Shown here piece by piece: positions 55,182 through 64,000 of a stretch of 64,000 nt of DNA. The notes beneath the pieces are model-generated. The model was not told the DNA's origin, did not search any database, and worked only from the letters and a program-made list of their open reading frames with translations. Location of the stretch: assembly GCA_963738025.1 (NCBI GenBank), contig CAVTWA010000004.1, positions 470,042 to 534,041 of the forward strand, written 5' to 3'. This DNA comes from an uncultured Acidobacteriota bacterium. GTDB lineage: Bacteria > Acidobacteriota > Terriglobia > 20CM-2-55-15. The translations under genes were made by a program, and so were the position numbers. Numbering within the stretch: the stretch's first letter is position 1; each line of letters opens with the position of its first letter.

Positions 55182-56817
55182 ATGTCGGATAAGGAAATCA
55201 TCGTCGCGGCTCTCGCGCGTATCGAGAGGCGAATTCGAGTAAACCGGCTATTAAGCGAACTGACGTTTGGCGCAATTTTCTTTTTCGCCATTCCCCTGTT
55301 GTTGAAGTTATGGGATCTGTTTGACCCGTTCCGAGGGGTAACGATCAGTATCATTATTGGCATCTGGGTACTACTTTTTGGCGCCTACATAACCTGGCGT
55401 GCCCTCCAGAAAGGCACTCTGAACCAGGCTGCAGTTTCTGCCGACGCGAAAGGCGATCTGCACGACGAATTGAAGACGGCCTTCTGGTTTGTAAACAATC
55501 CACGTCCTTCAGACTGGGTGGACGCGCAGGTGCGCCGCGCTGCCCGGAACGCGCAAGGCCTGAAGCTGGAACACCTGTTCCCGCGACAGATTCCAAAGGC
55601 CGGCTATGCGGCGCTGGCGATGGTGGGCTTGTTCGTGGTTTTGAACTTTGTGCCACTGCCATGGAACCATAACTGGCTGACATTGCAGGCCGCGCCCGCC
55701 TTTGCATTGAACGAAAAAGAAGCCGCTTTGCTGAAGCAAACTCAGGAACTGCTGCGCAAAGCGGAGAAGCTCAAGCAGTCCGACGTTGCGCAAAAGCTCG
55801 AAGATATTGTTCAGCAATTAGAGCAAGGAAAGATCGACGCGCAGCAAGCGGCTCAGATGCTGGACAACGTTCAGAGCGAACTCGAACAAGGCAATCTCGA
55901 CTCGGCAAGTATTAATGAAGGCCTGGAGGAAATGGCCAAGGACCTTCAACAGTCGGAAAAGCTCGATCCTGCCGCGCAGGCCATGCAGAACAAACAACTG
56001 AGCGATGCCGCGAACGAACTCCGCAAACTGGCCGAAAAGCTCGGATTGAACACACCTGAATCGTCCAAAGACATGCAGAAGAGCCTGCAACAGGCCGCCG
56101 AGAACACCCGTCCGGGACTCGAAGAACTGGCGAAAATGCTGAAGGAAGCCGCCGAAAACCTCAAGAATGGCCAGCAGGAAGGGGCGCAGCAGGCACTGGA
56201 TGGCGCGGCGCAGGAACTCGACGCGTTACAACAACGGATCGAGAGCCAGGACCTGAAGAACCTGGCCAGCAAACAACTGCAGAATCTGAAGGATTCACTG
56301 CAACAACGCCAGCAGGCGGGTCAAAAGCAAGGCCGCGGCCAGCAACAACAGGCATCGGGCAAGGGGCAGGGCGCTCAAGGTCAAAAACCGCAGCCGGGCC
56401 AGTCCGACCAGAACGGCCAGGGACAACCGCAGGAGGGTGCGGACGGAGAACCGTCGGATCAGGCGGCGCAGGGCGGACAATCCGGCGCTCCAATGCCCGG
56501 CGGCAACGACGGCAATGGTCTCATGCCTTCAGGCCAGGGCGGCGGCGATGCACCGCGTGAAGGCGCAGCGACAAAACTCGATGTAAAGCTGCAGCAGGAA
56601 AAAGTTGCGGGCATGCCGGACGGCGGCGAAAAACCCGAGACCCTGGAAGAAACCGAGTAAGCAGGAGCGTTCCAGGCTCGATTATCGGAATGTGAAATCC
56701 GATTTGAGTCCCGCACAAAAAGATTTGCTGAATCAGGACCGCATTCCGTGGGAGTATCGGCCGCTGATCAAGGACTACTTTCAAGCCATCCGGCCAGGGA
56801 CGAACCAGAAGAAGTAG
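55182..56817 (+). CDS. Membrane-anchored coiled-coil, Gln-rich protein (DUF4175-like); +1 frameshift near 56653
   Basis: Three TM segments, a long heptad region and a Q/G-rich linker. The shifted frame continues SKQERSRLDY...DRIPWEYRPLIKDYFQAI to 56817, 11 bp before moxR. Confidence 0.78.
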
Positions 56818-56828
56818 GTATTCAATTA

Positions 56829-57821
56829 ATGAGCACTGCCATCGATCAACAGATCGTCACGTTCCAGGAGCAATTCAACCGCGCCAAAACAGAAGTCGGC
56901 AAGGTTATCGTCGGCTATGGCGAAATCATCGATGGCGTGATCATGAGTATGCTCGCCAGCGGACACGTTCTTCTGGAAGGCGTGCCGGGGCTGGGGAAAA
57001 CGAAGCTGGTTTCCACGTTGAGCGACGTGATGCACCTGAAGTTTTCCCGTATCCAATTCACTCCGGATCTCATGCCGGCCGACATTACCGGAACCAACGT
57101 CGTTCAGGAAAACGCGATGGGCGAGAAGTTCCTCGAGTTCCAGCCTGGGCCGATTTTTTCCAACATCGTACTGGCCGACGAAGTGAACCGGGCCACTCCG
57201 AAAACGCAGTCGGCGCTGCTGGAAGCCATGGAAGAACGAAGCGTGACGGTTGGTAAAACAACACACAGGCTCGATTCTCCTTTCTTCGTGCTTGCCACAC
57301 AGAACCCACTTGAAATGGAGGGCACCTATCCGCTGCCGGAAGCCCAGCTCGACCGCTTCTTCATGAAGCTGAGAGTGGACTACCCCACCGTTGATAATCT
57401 TCACACCATCCTGAACCGCACTACGAAGGTTCAGGAACCTCATGTAGATCGTGTGCTCGGCCAGGGCGAAGTTCTCGAAATGCGGAAAACGGTGAGAGCC
57501 GTCCCGATTGCGCGGCCGGTTCAGGATTACGCAATCCGCATCACGCTTGCGACGCATCCGCGGCCGCCCTATGCCCATCCGCTTACGATGAAATATGTGC
57601 GCTATGGATCGAGTCCGCGGGGAGCCCAGGCGCTCGTCATTGGCGGAAAGATCCGCGCGCTCCTGAATAATCGCTTGCACGTCTCCTGCGAGGATATCCG
57701 CTCGGTTTGTTATGGAGCGCTTCGTCATCGCGTGCTGCTTAATTTTGAAGGCGAAGCCGAGCGAGTGGAAACCGACACCGTTATCAAGGGAATTCTGGAG
57801 AGTACGCCCGAGCCAAGTTGA
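56829..57821 (+). CDS. moxR: MoxR-family AAA+ ATPase
   Basis: EGVPGLGKT, RIQFTPDLMPAD, LADEVNR and EGTYPLPEAQLDRF motifs. Confidence 0.95.
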   Translation: MSTAIDQQIVTFQEQFNRAKTEVGKVIVGYGEIIDGVIMSMLASGHVLLEGVPGLGKTKLVSTLSDVMHLKFSRIQFTPDLMPADITGTNVVQENAMGEKFLEFQPGPIFSNIVLADEVNRATPKTQSALLEAMEERSVTVGKTTHRLDSPFFVLATQNPLEMEGTYPLPEAQLDRFFMKLRVDYPTVDNLHTILNRTTKVQEPHVDRVLGQGEVLEMRKTVRAVPIARPVQDYAIRITLATHPRPPYAHPLTMKYVRYGSSPRGAQALVIGGKIRALLNNRLHVSCEDIRSVCYGALRHRVLLNFEGEAERVETDTVIKGILESTPEPS

Positions 57822-57829
57822 AGAATCGG

Positions 57830-57985
57830 TGCCTGTAAAGGTTTGAATGTGGTGGACGCAAAGTGAACTTGGTTTGGCTGTAAGGCTGGTGGACCATTCC
57901 CCGCCTAAGCTTAGGCGGGGAATGGCGGACACGCTAACCACGGCATCTGCTGTCTTGGACAGCTCTGGTCATAGACCGCGCCTAG
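57830..57985 (-). mobile_element. Partial composite element (linker, hairpin, linker, REP)
   Basis: gcctgtaaaggtttgaatgt...ggtggacc, cattccccgcctaagcttaggcggggaatg, ctgtcttggacagctctggtcatagaccgcgcct. Confidence 0.75.
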
Positions 57986-58046
57986 AATCAACTTAGGCAG
58001 GGACGAAAGGCATGCGATTCCACTATAGTCAGAGCAATTAAGAAAT

Positions 58047-58943
58047 ATGTCGACCGCAAACGCCCAGGTAACACTTTTCGACGACGAGTTTTTGAAAAAA
58101 CTCGAGTATCTCAACATCATTTCGAAGCGGCTTTTTGCGGGCCAGCTCCGGGCAGAGCGGCGCACTCGAAGGCGGGGCACAGGACTTGAGTTTGCCGATT
58201 ATCGCGCGTATGTGCCGGGAGACGACTTCCGGCACCTCGACTGGAAAGCCTACCTCCGCCTGAACCGGCTGATCCTGAAGCTGTTCGAAGAAGAGGAAGA
58301 CCTGCCGATCTATATCTTCGTCGACAGCAGTCAATCCATGAATTACGGGCAGCCGACCAAGCTCGATTACGCCCGTCGAGTCGCGGCCGCTTTGTGCTAC
58401 ATCGGTCTGGCGAATCTGGACCGCGTGAATGTGATCTCGTTCGCAGACGGCGTGAAATCGGAATTACCGCCGCAACGCGGCAAGGGCCGCATCTTCAAGA
58501 TTTTCAAGTTTCTCAACGACATCGCGGCAGGCGGCCAGACCGATGCTCGAACATCGTTTAAAACCTACTGTACCGAGACCAGGCGCCGCGGTCTGGCGGT
58601 TGTGATTTCCGACTTCTTCGACGGGCATGGCTCTGAGGCTGCCCTGGACATCCTGAGGCATTTCCGGCACGACATTTTCGTGCTTCACATCGCCAGTCAC
58701 GAAGAAATCGATCCCGGCTTGCGTGGCGAACTCCTGCTTGTCGACGCAGAAAGCAATCAGACGCGCGAGATTACGATCACACCGTCGCTTCTCACGGCTT
58801 ACCGCGCAGAATATGCAAAGTATTGCGAGGCCATTGAATCGTACTGCGGCAAGTATCAACTCGGGTACGTCCGCACCGTTACGGACTTCCCGTTCGAGGA
58901 ACTCGTCCTGAAAGTATTTCGCCAAGGCAGGTTTCTCAAATGA
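58047..58943 (+). CDS. DUF58 domain protein (VWA-like)
   Basis: GLEFADYRAYVPGDDFRHLDWK, MIDAS-like VDSSQSM, and VISDF. Confidence 0.92.
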   Translation: MSTANAQVTLFDDEFLKKLEYLNIISKRLFAGQLRAERRTRRRGTGLEFADYRAYVPGDDFRHLDWKAYLRLNRLILKLFEEEEDLPIYIFVDSSQSMNYGQPTKLDYARRVAAALCYIGLANLDRVNVISFADGVKSELPPQRGKGRIFKIFKFLNDIAAGGQTDARTSFKTYCTETRRRGLAVVISDFFDGHGSEAALDILRHFRHDIFVLHIASHEEIDPGLRGELLLVDAESNQTREITITPSLLTAYRAEYAKYCEAIESYCGKYQLGYVRTVTDFPFEELVLKVFRQGRFLK

Positions 58944-60697
58944 GCTTTCTGGCGCTGACGCCCTTACAGACCCTGTTGCTTGCCACGATCACCGCCGCAA
59001 GCGTCATCGCAATGTATTTCCTCAAATTGCGGCACCGCCGGGTGCTGATCTCCTCTTCAATCTTGTGGCGGCGCGTGCTCGACGAACGGCAGTCGCACTC
59101 GCTCTGGGAAAAGCTTAGAAAGATCATATCGGCAGCGATTGCGGTCACAATCGCGCTACTCATTGCAATGTCACTGTCGCGACCGGAAATTGCCTCATTA
59201 ACCGGTAAAAATGAACGCATCGTCATCGTCATAGACACATCGCCTACGATGAATACCCAGACGGGCGCAGGCATGACTCGATGGCAGCGCGCCGTACAGG
59301 AGGCCAAAGGACTCCTCGACAGTGGCGGCCCGACCACCGAATTTCGAGTCATCGATACCTCGGGAGCGACAGCATCCGCGTTCACGACGGATCGCAACGA
59401 AGTACGACGGTTGATCGACCAGATGTCTCCGAAGACTTCCGATCCGCAGTTTCCAAAAGTCGAGGGCCGCGACGCCCAGGTGTATTTCGTATCGGACGGC
59501 GTGGCCATTCACAGCACGCCTTCTTTCGTCAGAAAGATCTCGGTTTTCGAGGCCGCAAACAACGTTGGCATTACGGCCTTCGAGATTCGCTCGGTCCCTT
59601 CCACCCCGCTGGGCTATGAGGCGTATCTGGAAGTGCAAAACTTCGGTCAGCCGGCGGAAGTCGGAGTCACGTTGAGCGGAACCGGCGGGCAGCGCGTCAA
59701 CCGAACGGTTCGTCTTGGAACGGGAGAGACCTTCAAGGACGTCTTTGACCTGTCCGACTTTGCTGGCGGAGGCGTCCGAGCGGCAGTTCAGACCCGGGAT
59801 GATGCTCTGCCGCTCGACGACGTGGCGTTTGCCTACCTCCCCATCAAGCGGAAAACGCGCACGTTGCTGGTCACGAAGGGCAATCATTTTCTCGAAACTG
59901 CGCTCAAGCTCAACAATTACGTCGAGCTGATGGTCGCCGCTCCGGAGAATTTCCGCGAATCGCCGGAGATCGACGCCTACATCTTCGATCGATTTGCGCC
60001 GGCCTCGGCGCCTTCGCGCCCGGCTCTGATTATCGGGACGCCGAGCGCCCCATGGCTGAAACCGGCATTGGGTGATGTACAGAAGCCGGAGATCACCGCA
60101 TGGTCGGACAATCATCCGGTAATGCAGTATGTATCGGTACACGATGTTGCAATCGAGCGAGCCTCGCGAATCGATCCGGGCGATTTGACAGTGATCGCCG
60201 CCTCCAGACAGACACCGCTGATCGTAGCCTCCGACAGACCCAAGTGGGTCATGCTCACCTTCGATCTCGATTCGTCGGATTTCCCCTTTCACGTGGGATT
60301 TCCCGTATTTATCGACAACGTCCTCTCGTGGTTCAACCGCGAGCAACTGGCGATAAAGCGGTCCCCCGGCGTCGTGGATGTTCCGCTGCTCAACGCACAG
60401 ATCCGAACGATAGACGGCAAAACGATTCCGTCCGAACAGCAGTTAGGGAAAACCATTTTCCAAACATCCGACCCGGGACTCTATTCCGCCTCTCAGGGTG
60501 ATGAACGGATTCATGTCGCAGTCAATCTCGCGAACCAGGCGTTCTCGGATGTCAATCGATCGGTCTTCAAGTCGGACCGCCGCGCTGCCGAAGAACATTT
60601 CTGGTTACGCCGCGAACTCTGGTTTTACATGCTGGTGGTTGCGCTGGTGCTCGTCAGCGTCGAGTGGCTTACCTATCATCGAAGGATGACGCTGTGA
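58940..60697 (+). CDS. BatA N-terminal domain plus VWA domain membrane protein
   Basis: YFLKLRHR..ISSSILW, IDTSPTM, FVSDG, NVGIT and a C-terminal TM segment with VEW. Confidence 0.85.
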   Translation: MSFLALTPLQTLLLATITAASVIAMYFLKLRHRRVLISSSILWRRVLDERQSHSLWEKLRKIISAAIAVTIALLIAMSLSRPEIASLTGKNERIVIVIDTSPTMNTQTGAGMTRWQRAVQEAKGLLDSGGPTTEFRVIDTSGATASAFTTDRNEVRRLIDQMSPKTSDPQFPKVEGRDAQVYFVSDGVAIHSTPSFVRKISVFEAANNVGITAFEIRSVPSTPLGYEAYLEVQNFGQPAEVGVTLSGTGGQRVNRTVRLGTGETFKDVFDLSDFAGGGVRAAVQTRDDALPLDDVAFAYLPIKRKTRTLLVTKGNHFLETALKLNNYVELMVAAPENFRESPEIDAYIFDRFAPASAPSRPALIIGTPSAPWLKPALGDVQKPEITAWSDNHPVMQYVSVHDVAIERASRIDPGDLTVIAASRQTPLIVASDRPKWVMLTFDLDSSDFPFHVGFPVFIDNVLSWFNREQLAIKRSPGVVDVPLLNAQIRTIDGKTIPSEQQLGKTIFQTSDPGLYSASQGDERIHVAVNLANQAFSDVNRSVFKSDRRAAEEHFWLRRELWFYMLVVALVLVSVEWLTYHRRMTL

Positions 60698-63231
60698 GAT
60701 TCACCTTCGATACGTACTGGCCATTGGCGTTGCTCCTGATGATTCCTTACTTGTGGTGGGTTCAACGCAGGACCCAGACCGATCTCAGCCCCAAACACCT
60801 GCAAGTGGCGGGCACGCTTCGATCGGCAATTGTGGCGCTGATTGCGCTGGCATTAATGCAGCCTGTGCTCTATCGGTCCGGCGCCTTCGTTTCCGCTGTT
60901 TATCTGCTGGACGTTTCCCAAAGCGTATCGCCTCAGGCCATCCAGTCGGCCATTCAGTGGATACAGCAAACAAACAGTGCAGGTCACCCGGACCACGCGA
61001 GGTTCATTCCATTCGCGGCAAATTCGACCGTCTTTGACAAACTCGACCAGCTCAAACAGGTGCAGGTTGCCGACGCAGCCTCCGGCGGTTCGATCGATCA
61101 GAGTGGAACCGATATCGAAAGTGCTATCGACGCTGCGATCCGCAGTTTTGCTCCGCATCATTTGAAGCGGCTCGTGCTGCTCAGCGACGGCAATGAAAAC
61201 TCCGGCCACATGATGGATATGCTTTCCCGGCTGAAATCCGAAAGCATTCATGTCTATACGGTTCCGTCTCAATCGCGAAACAACCGCGACGTCTGGGTCG
61301 AGAACATCATGGCGCCGGCTGAAGTCACAGCCGAAGAACTCTTCCCGCTGGAAACACACGTTTACAGTCAATCCGATACATCGGCTGAAGTCGAAATCAA
61401 ACACGGCGACAAAACCCTCGGATCGAAGAAGGTGCAACTTGTCCGCGGATTGAACCGGGTGGCCTTTGAAACAAGCATCAAGGATGAAGCCGGCCCTGTC
61501 GTCATCGACGCGGAAGTCAAAGCCGCGGATGATCCGTTTCCCCAAAACAACAAATTTCGATCCTCGATCATCGTTCAAGGCCGGCCCAAGATCCTGTACG
61601 TCGAGGGACATCCGCAAAGCGCACGATACCTTCAGACAGCGCTCACGACCGAGGGTCTGACCGTAAATACGGTAGATGCCGCCTCAATTCCAAAAACCAT
61701 CGAGGAATTGGACGCGTACGACGCGATCATTTTGAGCGATGTGGCGCGAAATAATCTCAGCGACCAGCAGATGCAGACGCTTGCTACCTACGTACGCGAT
61801 CTTGGCGGCGGGTTCATTCTCTCGGGCGGCGAAAATAATTATGGGGAAGGCGGCTATTCCAAGACGGCTCTCGAAGAAATCCTGCCGGTTACGTTCGAAG
61901 CAAAGAAAGAAAAACCCGATTCCGTCGCAATGATCATGGTGCTGGACAAATCGGGCAGTATGGGCGGCCAGAAGATCGAGATGACGAAGGAAGCGGCCAA
62001 AGCACCGCTGGCTCTGTTGAAAGATACGGATAGCTTTGGTGTCGTTGCGTTCGACTACAACTTCTACTGGCCGGTCAAATTTCAAACTGTGGTGAATCGC
62101 AGCGCCATCGAACAATCGATCAGTACGATCATCGCCGGCGGCGAGACCAACATCTATCCTGCGCTGCGCGAGGCGTACATTCAGCTGGCAGGAGCCGGCA
62201 CACAAGTAAAGCACGTCATCCTGCTCTCGGACGGCCGGTCGCTGCCGGACGATTTCGAAGGGCTTTCGAAAAAGATGGCTGACTCGAAGATCACCGTTTC
62301 AACGGTCGCTGTTGGAAATGGTGCTGATCGCGAACTCCTCTCGCAAATCGCCGGCTGGGGCCACGGCAGAACGTACTATCTGGAAGACCCTGCCGCCGTG
62401 CCGCAGATTTTCACCGAAGAAACAGAATTGGCGACAGGCAAGACTCTGCGCGAAGAATCGTTCAAGCCCGTCCTCAAGAAGAACGTTGAAGCGTTCAAGG
62501 GTATCGACTTCAACTCAGCGCCGCCGCTGCTCGGCTACGTCGCGACAAAATCTAAAGATACGTCTGAAGTATTGCTGGAATCCCGCAGGAAGGATCCGAT
62601 TCTTGCCCGATGGCAGTACGGCCTCGGCAAGACTGCTGCCTTTCTTTCCGACCTGAAAGACCGCTGGGCCGTGGAATGGCTTACCTGGAACGGATATCCC
62701 AAATTCTGGTCGCAGCTCATACGCGAGACCATGCGCCGGCGCGACGACAATGAATTCGATTTTCGCGTGATTAAAGACGGAAACGAAGCAAAGATCTCGA
62801 TCAATGCCATCCGAAAAGATGGTCAATTCCGGAACAAACTGGACGCGCAAGTTCGTGTGATCGGGCCCGATCAGACGGTCTCGGACGTCAATATCCATCA
62901 GGTCGGACCAGGCGAATACGAGGCGAAATACCCGCTGACGAAGAAGGGCGCCTACCTCTTTCGCGCCGTCGGTGAAGAGAGCGGCGGAGCGTCCCGGGTT
63001 CTGGCCTATTCCTATCCGGACGAATATCACTTTTATCCGCCGAACACAGAAGCCTTGCGATCGCTCAGCAACGAGACGAAAGGCCGTTTCCAGCCGCGCG
63101 TCGAGGATATCTTCGACGCAAATGGCGAAAGCACCTCGTTGCCCACGCCGCTGTGGCCCATCCTTGCTTCATTGGCGCTCATTTTGTACGTCGCCGACGT
63201 CCTGCTTCGCCGCGTCCGGCTGTTTGAATAA
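60694..63231 (+). CDS. Double-VWA plus glutamine-amidotransferase-like (DUF1355-type) membrane protein
   Basis: Two MIDAS motifs (LDVSQS/LLSDG and LDKSGS/LLSDG); YDAIILSDV, YVRDLGGG and PILARWQYGLG. Confidence 0.85.
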   Translation: MRFTFDTYWPLALLLMIPYLWWVQRRTQTDLSPKHLQVAGTLRSAIVALIALALMQPVLYRSGAFVSAVYLLDVSQSVSPQAIQSAIQWIQQTNSAGHPDHARFIPFAANSTVFDKLDQLKQVQVADAASGGSIDQSGTDIESAIDAAIRSFAPHHLKRLVLLSDGNENSGHMMDMLSRLKSESIHVYTVPSQSRNNRDVWVENIMAPAEVTAEELFPLETHVYSQSDTSAEVEIKHGDKTLGSKKVQLVRGLNRVAFETSIKDEAGPVVIDAEVKAADDPFPQNNKFRSSIIVQGRPKILYVEGHPQSARYLQTALTTEGLTVNTVDAASIPKTIEELDAYDAIILSDVARNNLSDQQMQTLATYVRDLGGGFILSGGENNYGEGGYSKTALEEILPVTFEAKKEKPDSVAMIMVLDKSGSMGGQKIEMTKEAAKAPLALLKDTDSFGVVAFDYNFYWPVKFQTVVNRSAIEQSISTIIAGGETNIYPALREAYIQLAGAGTQVKHVILLSDGRSLPDDFEGLSKKMADSKITVSTVAVGNGADRELLSQIAGWGHGRTYYLEDPAAVPQIFTEETELATGKTLREESFKPVLKKNVEAFKGIDFNSAPPLLGYVATKSKDTSEVLLESRRKDPILARWQYGLGKTAAFLSDLKDRWAVEWLTWNGYPKFWSQLIRETMRRRDDNEFDFRVIKDGNEAKISINAIRKDGQFRNKLDAQVRVIGPDQTVSDVNIHQVGPGEYEAKYPLTKKGAYLFRAVGEESGGASRVLAYSYPDEYHFYPPNTEALRSLSNETKGRFQPRVEDIFDANGESTSLPTPLWPILASLALILYVADVLLRRVRLFE

Positions 63232-63289
63232 GCCGCGGATTTACCGATTTAACCGATTAATCGGTTAAATCCGCTCGATCAGTGGCTTA
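63228..63289. repeat. Family-1 palindromic repeat, diverged
   Basis: ataagccgcggatttaccgatttaaccgattaatcggttaaatccgctcgatcagtggctta; includes the TAA of the VWA gene. Confidence 0.8.
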
Positions 63290-63307
63290 CAATACTATAT
63301 TCGCTTT

Positions 63308-64000
63308 ATGAGTTCCCGGCTGTCTCTCCGAAAAAAGCTCATCTACACGTTTCTCGTTGGCTCCCTTCTGACGGTTCTACTCTTCGCGATTGTCATCAAA
63401 GGAATCATGAACGATTACTTCCAGCGGCTGGCGGAAGTGCGTCTGCAGTTCGTTTCCGAACAGGGCGACCGCGAAATCCGCACGAACGTCGCGATCTTCA
63501 AGGATGCCTTTGAGGATATTTTCGAAAGTACCCGAACTGCAGTGGGTGCGCTCGCGGAATCGGGCGCGATCGGCGACCGTCTTCCACGAACCAGCATAGA
63601 GCGCGAAAGAATGGCCGATATGCTCCAGCGTGTAGAGTCTGAAGCAAAGCTGTCGTTGTTCACCGTCGTCGACCTCGAAGGGCGCGTACTGGTTCGGGCG
63701 AATGATCCTGACGCTTACGGCGACGAGACACTCATGCGCGATTACGACGACTCGCCCAAACCGGCGTCGTCGGTCCGGCGGCTGCTGCTGAATGCCCTCA
63801 CTGGAAAGACGATTCAATCTTTCGAAACCTTCGCTCCCGAAATCCTGGCCAGGGAACACCTGGCCGAGCAAGCTAGAATTCAACTCAAAAGCAGCGGCAA
63901 CCGCGTGGCGCCGCCGGACACATTTGAAGAACGCGGCCTTTTGATGCTCGTGACCATGCCGGTGCGCAATACGGCGGGGAAAATCACCGGAGCCCTTCTC
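63308..64000 (+). CDS. Membrane sensor with extracytoplasmic Cache-like domain, 3'-truncated by the window
   Basis: My translation (not in the ORF track): MSSRLSLRKKLIYTFLVG, a TM segment, FTVVDLEGRVLVRAND, and TMPVRNTAGKITGALL; frame open to the window end. Confidence 0.75.
   Translation, partial: MSSRLSLRKKLIYTFLVGSLLTVLLFAIVIKGIMNDYFQRLAEVRLQFVSEQGDREIRTNVAIFKDAFEDIFESTRTAVGALAESGAIGDRLPRTSIERERMADMLQRVESEAKLSLFTVVDLEGRVLVRANDPDAYGDETLMRDYDDSPKPASSVRRLLLNALTGKTIQSFETFAPEILAREHLAEQARIQLKSSGNRVAPPDTFEERGLLMLVTMPVRNTAGKITGALL

Noticed and set aside
2005-63289. Recurrent repeats as a CRISPR array
   Set aside because: Copies are dispersed and palindromic, with no regular repeat-spacer period and no cas genes.

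Overview
A 64-kb chromosomal window, probably from an Acidobacteriota (Terriglobia-like) soil bacterium; this is inferred from gene families such as the Oar-type TonB receptor, DUF6152, DUF6644 and DUF4159. Family names come from my recognition of motifs, not from database searches. Gene content in order: the end of a glycosylation locus; an uncharacterised envelope cluster (two Ig-fused paralogs flanking a DUF6152 gene, then four DUF6644 membrane proteins) next to aromatic-oxidation enzymes and a TonB receptor, with a second partial copy at 28-30 kb; signalling genes; a glucoamylase; a TPR-CHAT protein lacking its catalytic dyad; two different MoxR/DUF58 operons; and the housekeeping run rimO-yacG-pgpA-cinA-thpR-gpsA-ftsY-ribD-ribE-ribBA. 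Intergenic DNA holds at least five families of palindromic repeats (about 30 copies). These nest inside one another at their symmetry centres, supply stop codons to neighbouring genes, and in one case appear to sit in-frame inside a gene. No transposase, integrase, rRNA, tRNA or CRISPR array was seen. Five genes carry six small (probably single-base) frameshifts, most likely consensus-sequence errors.
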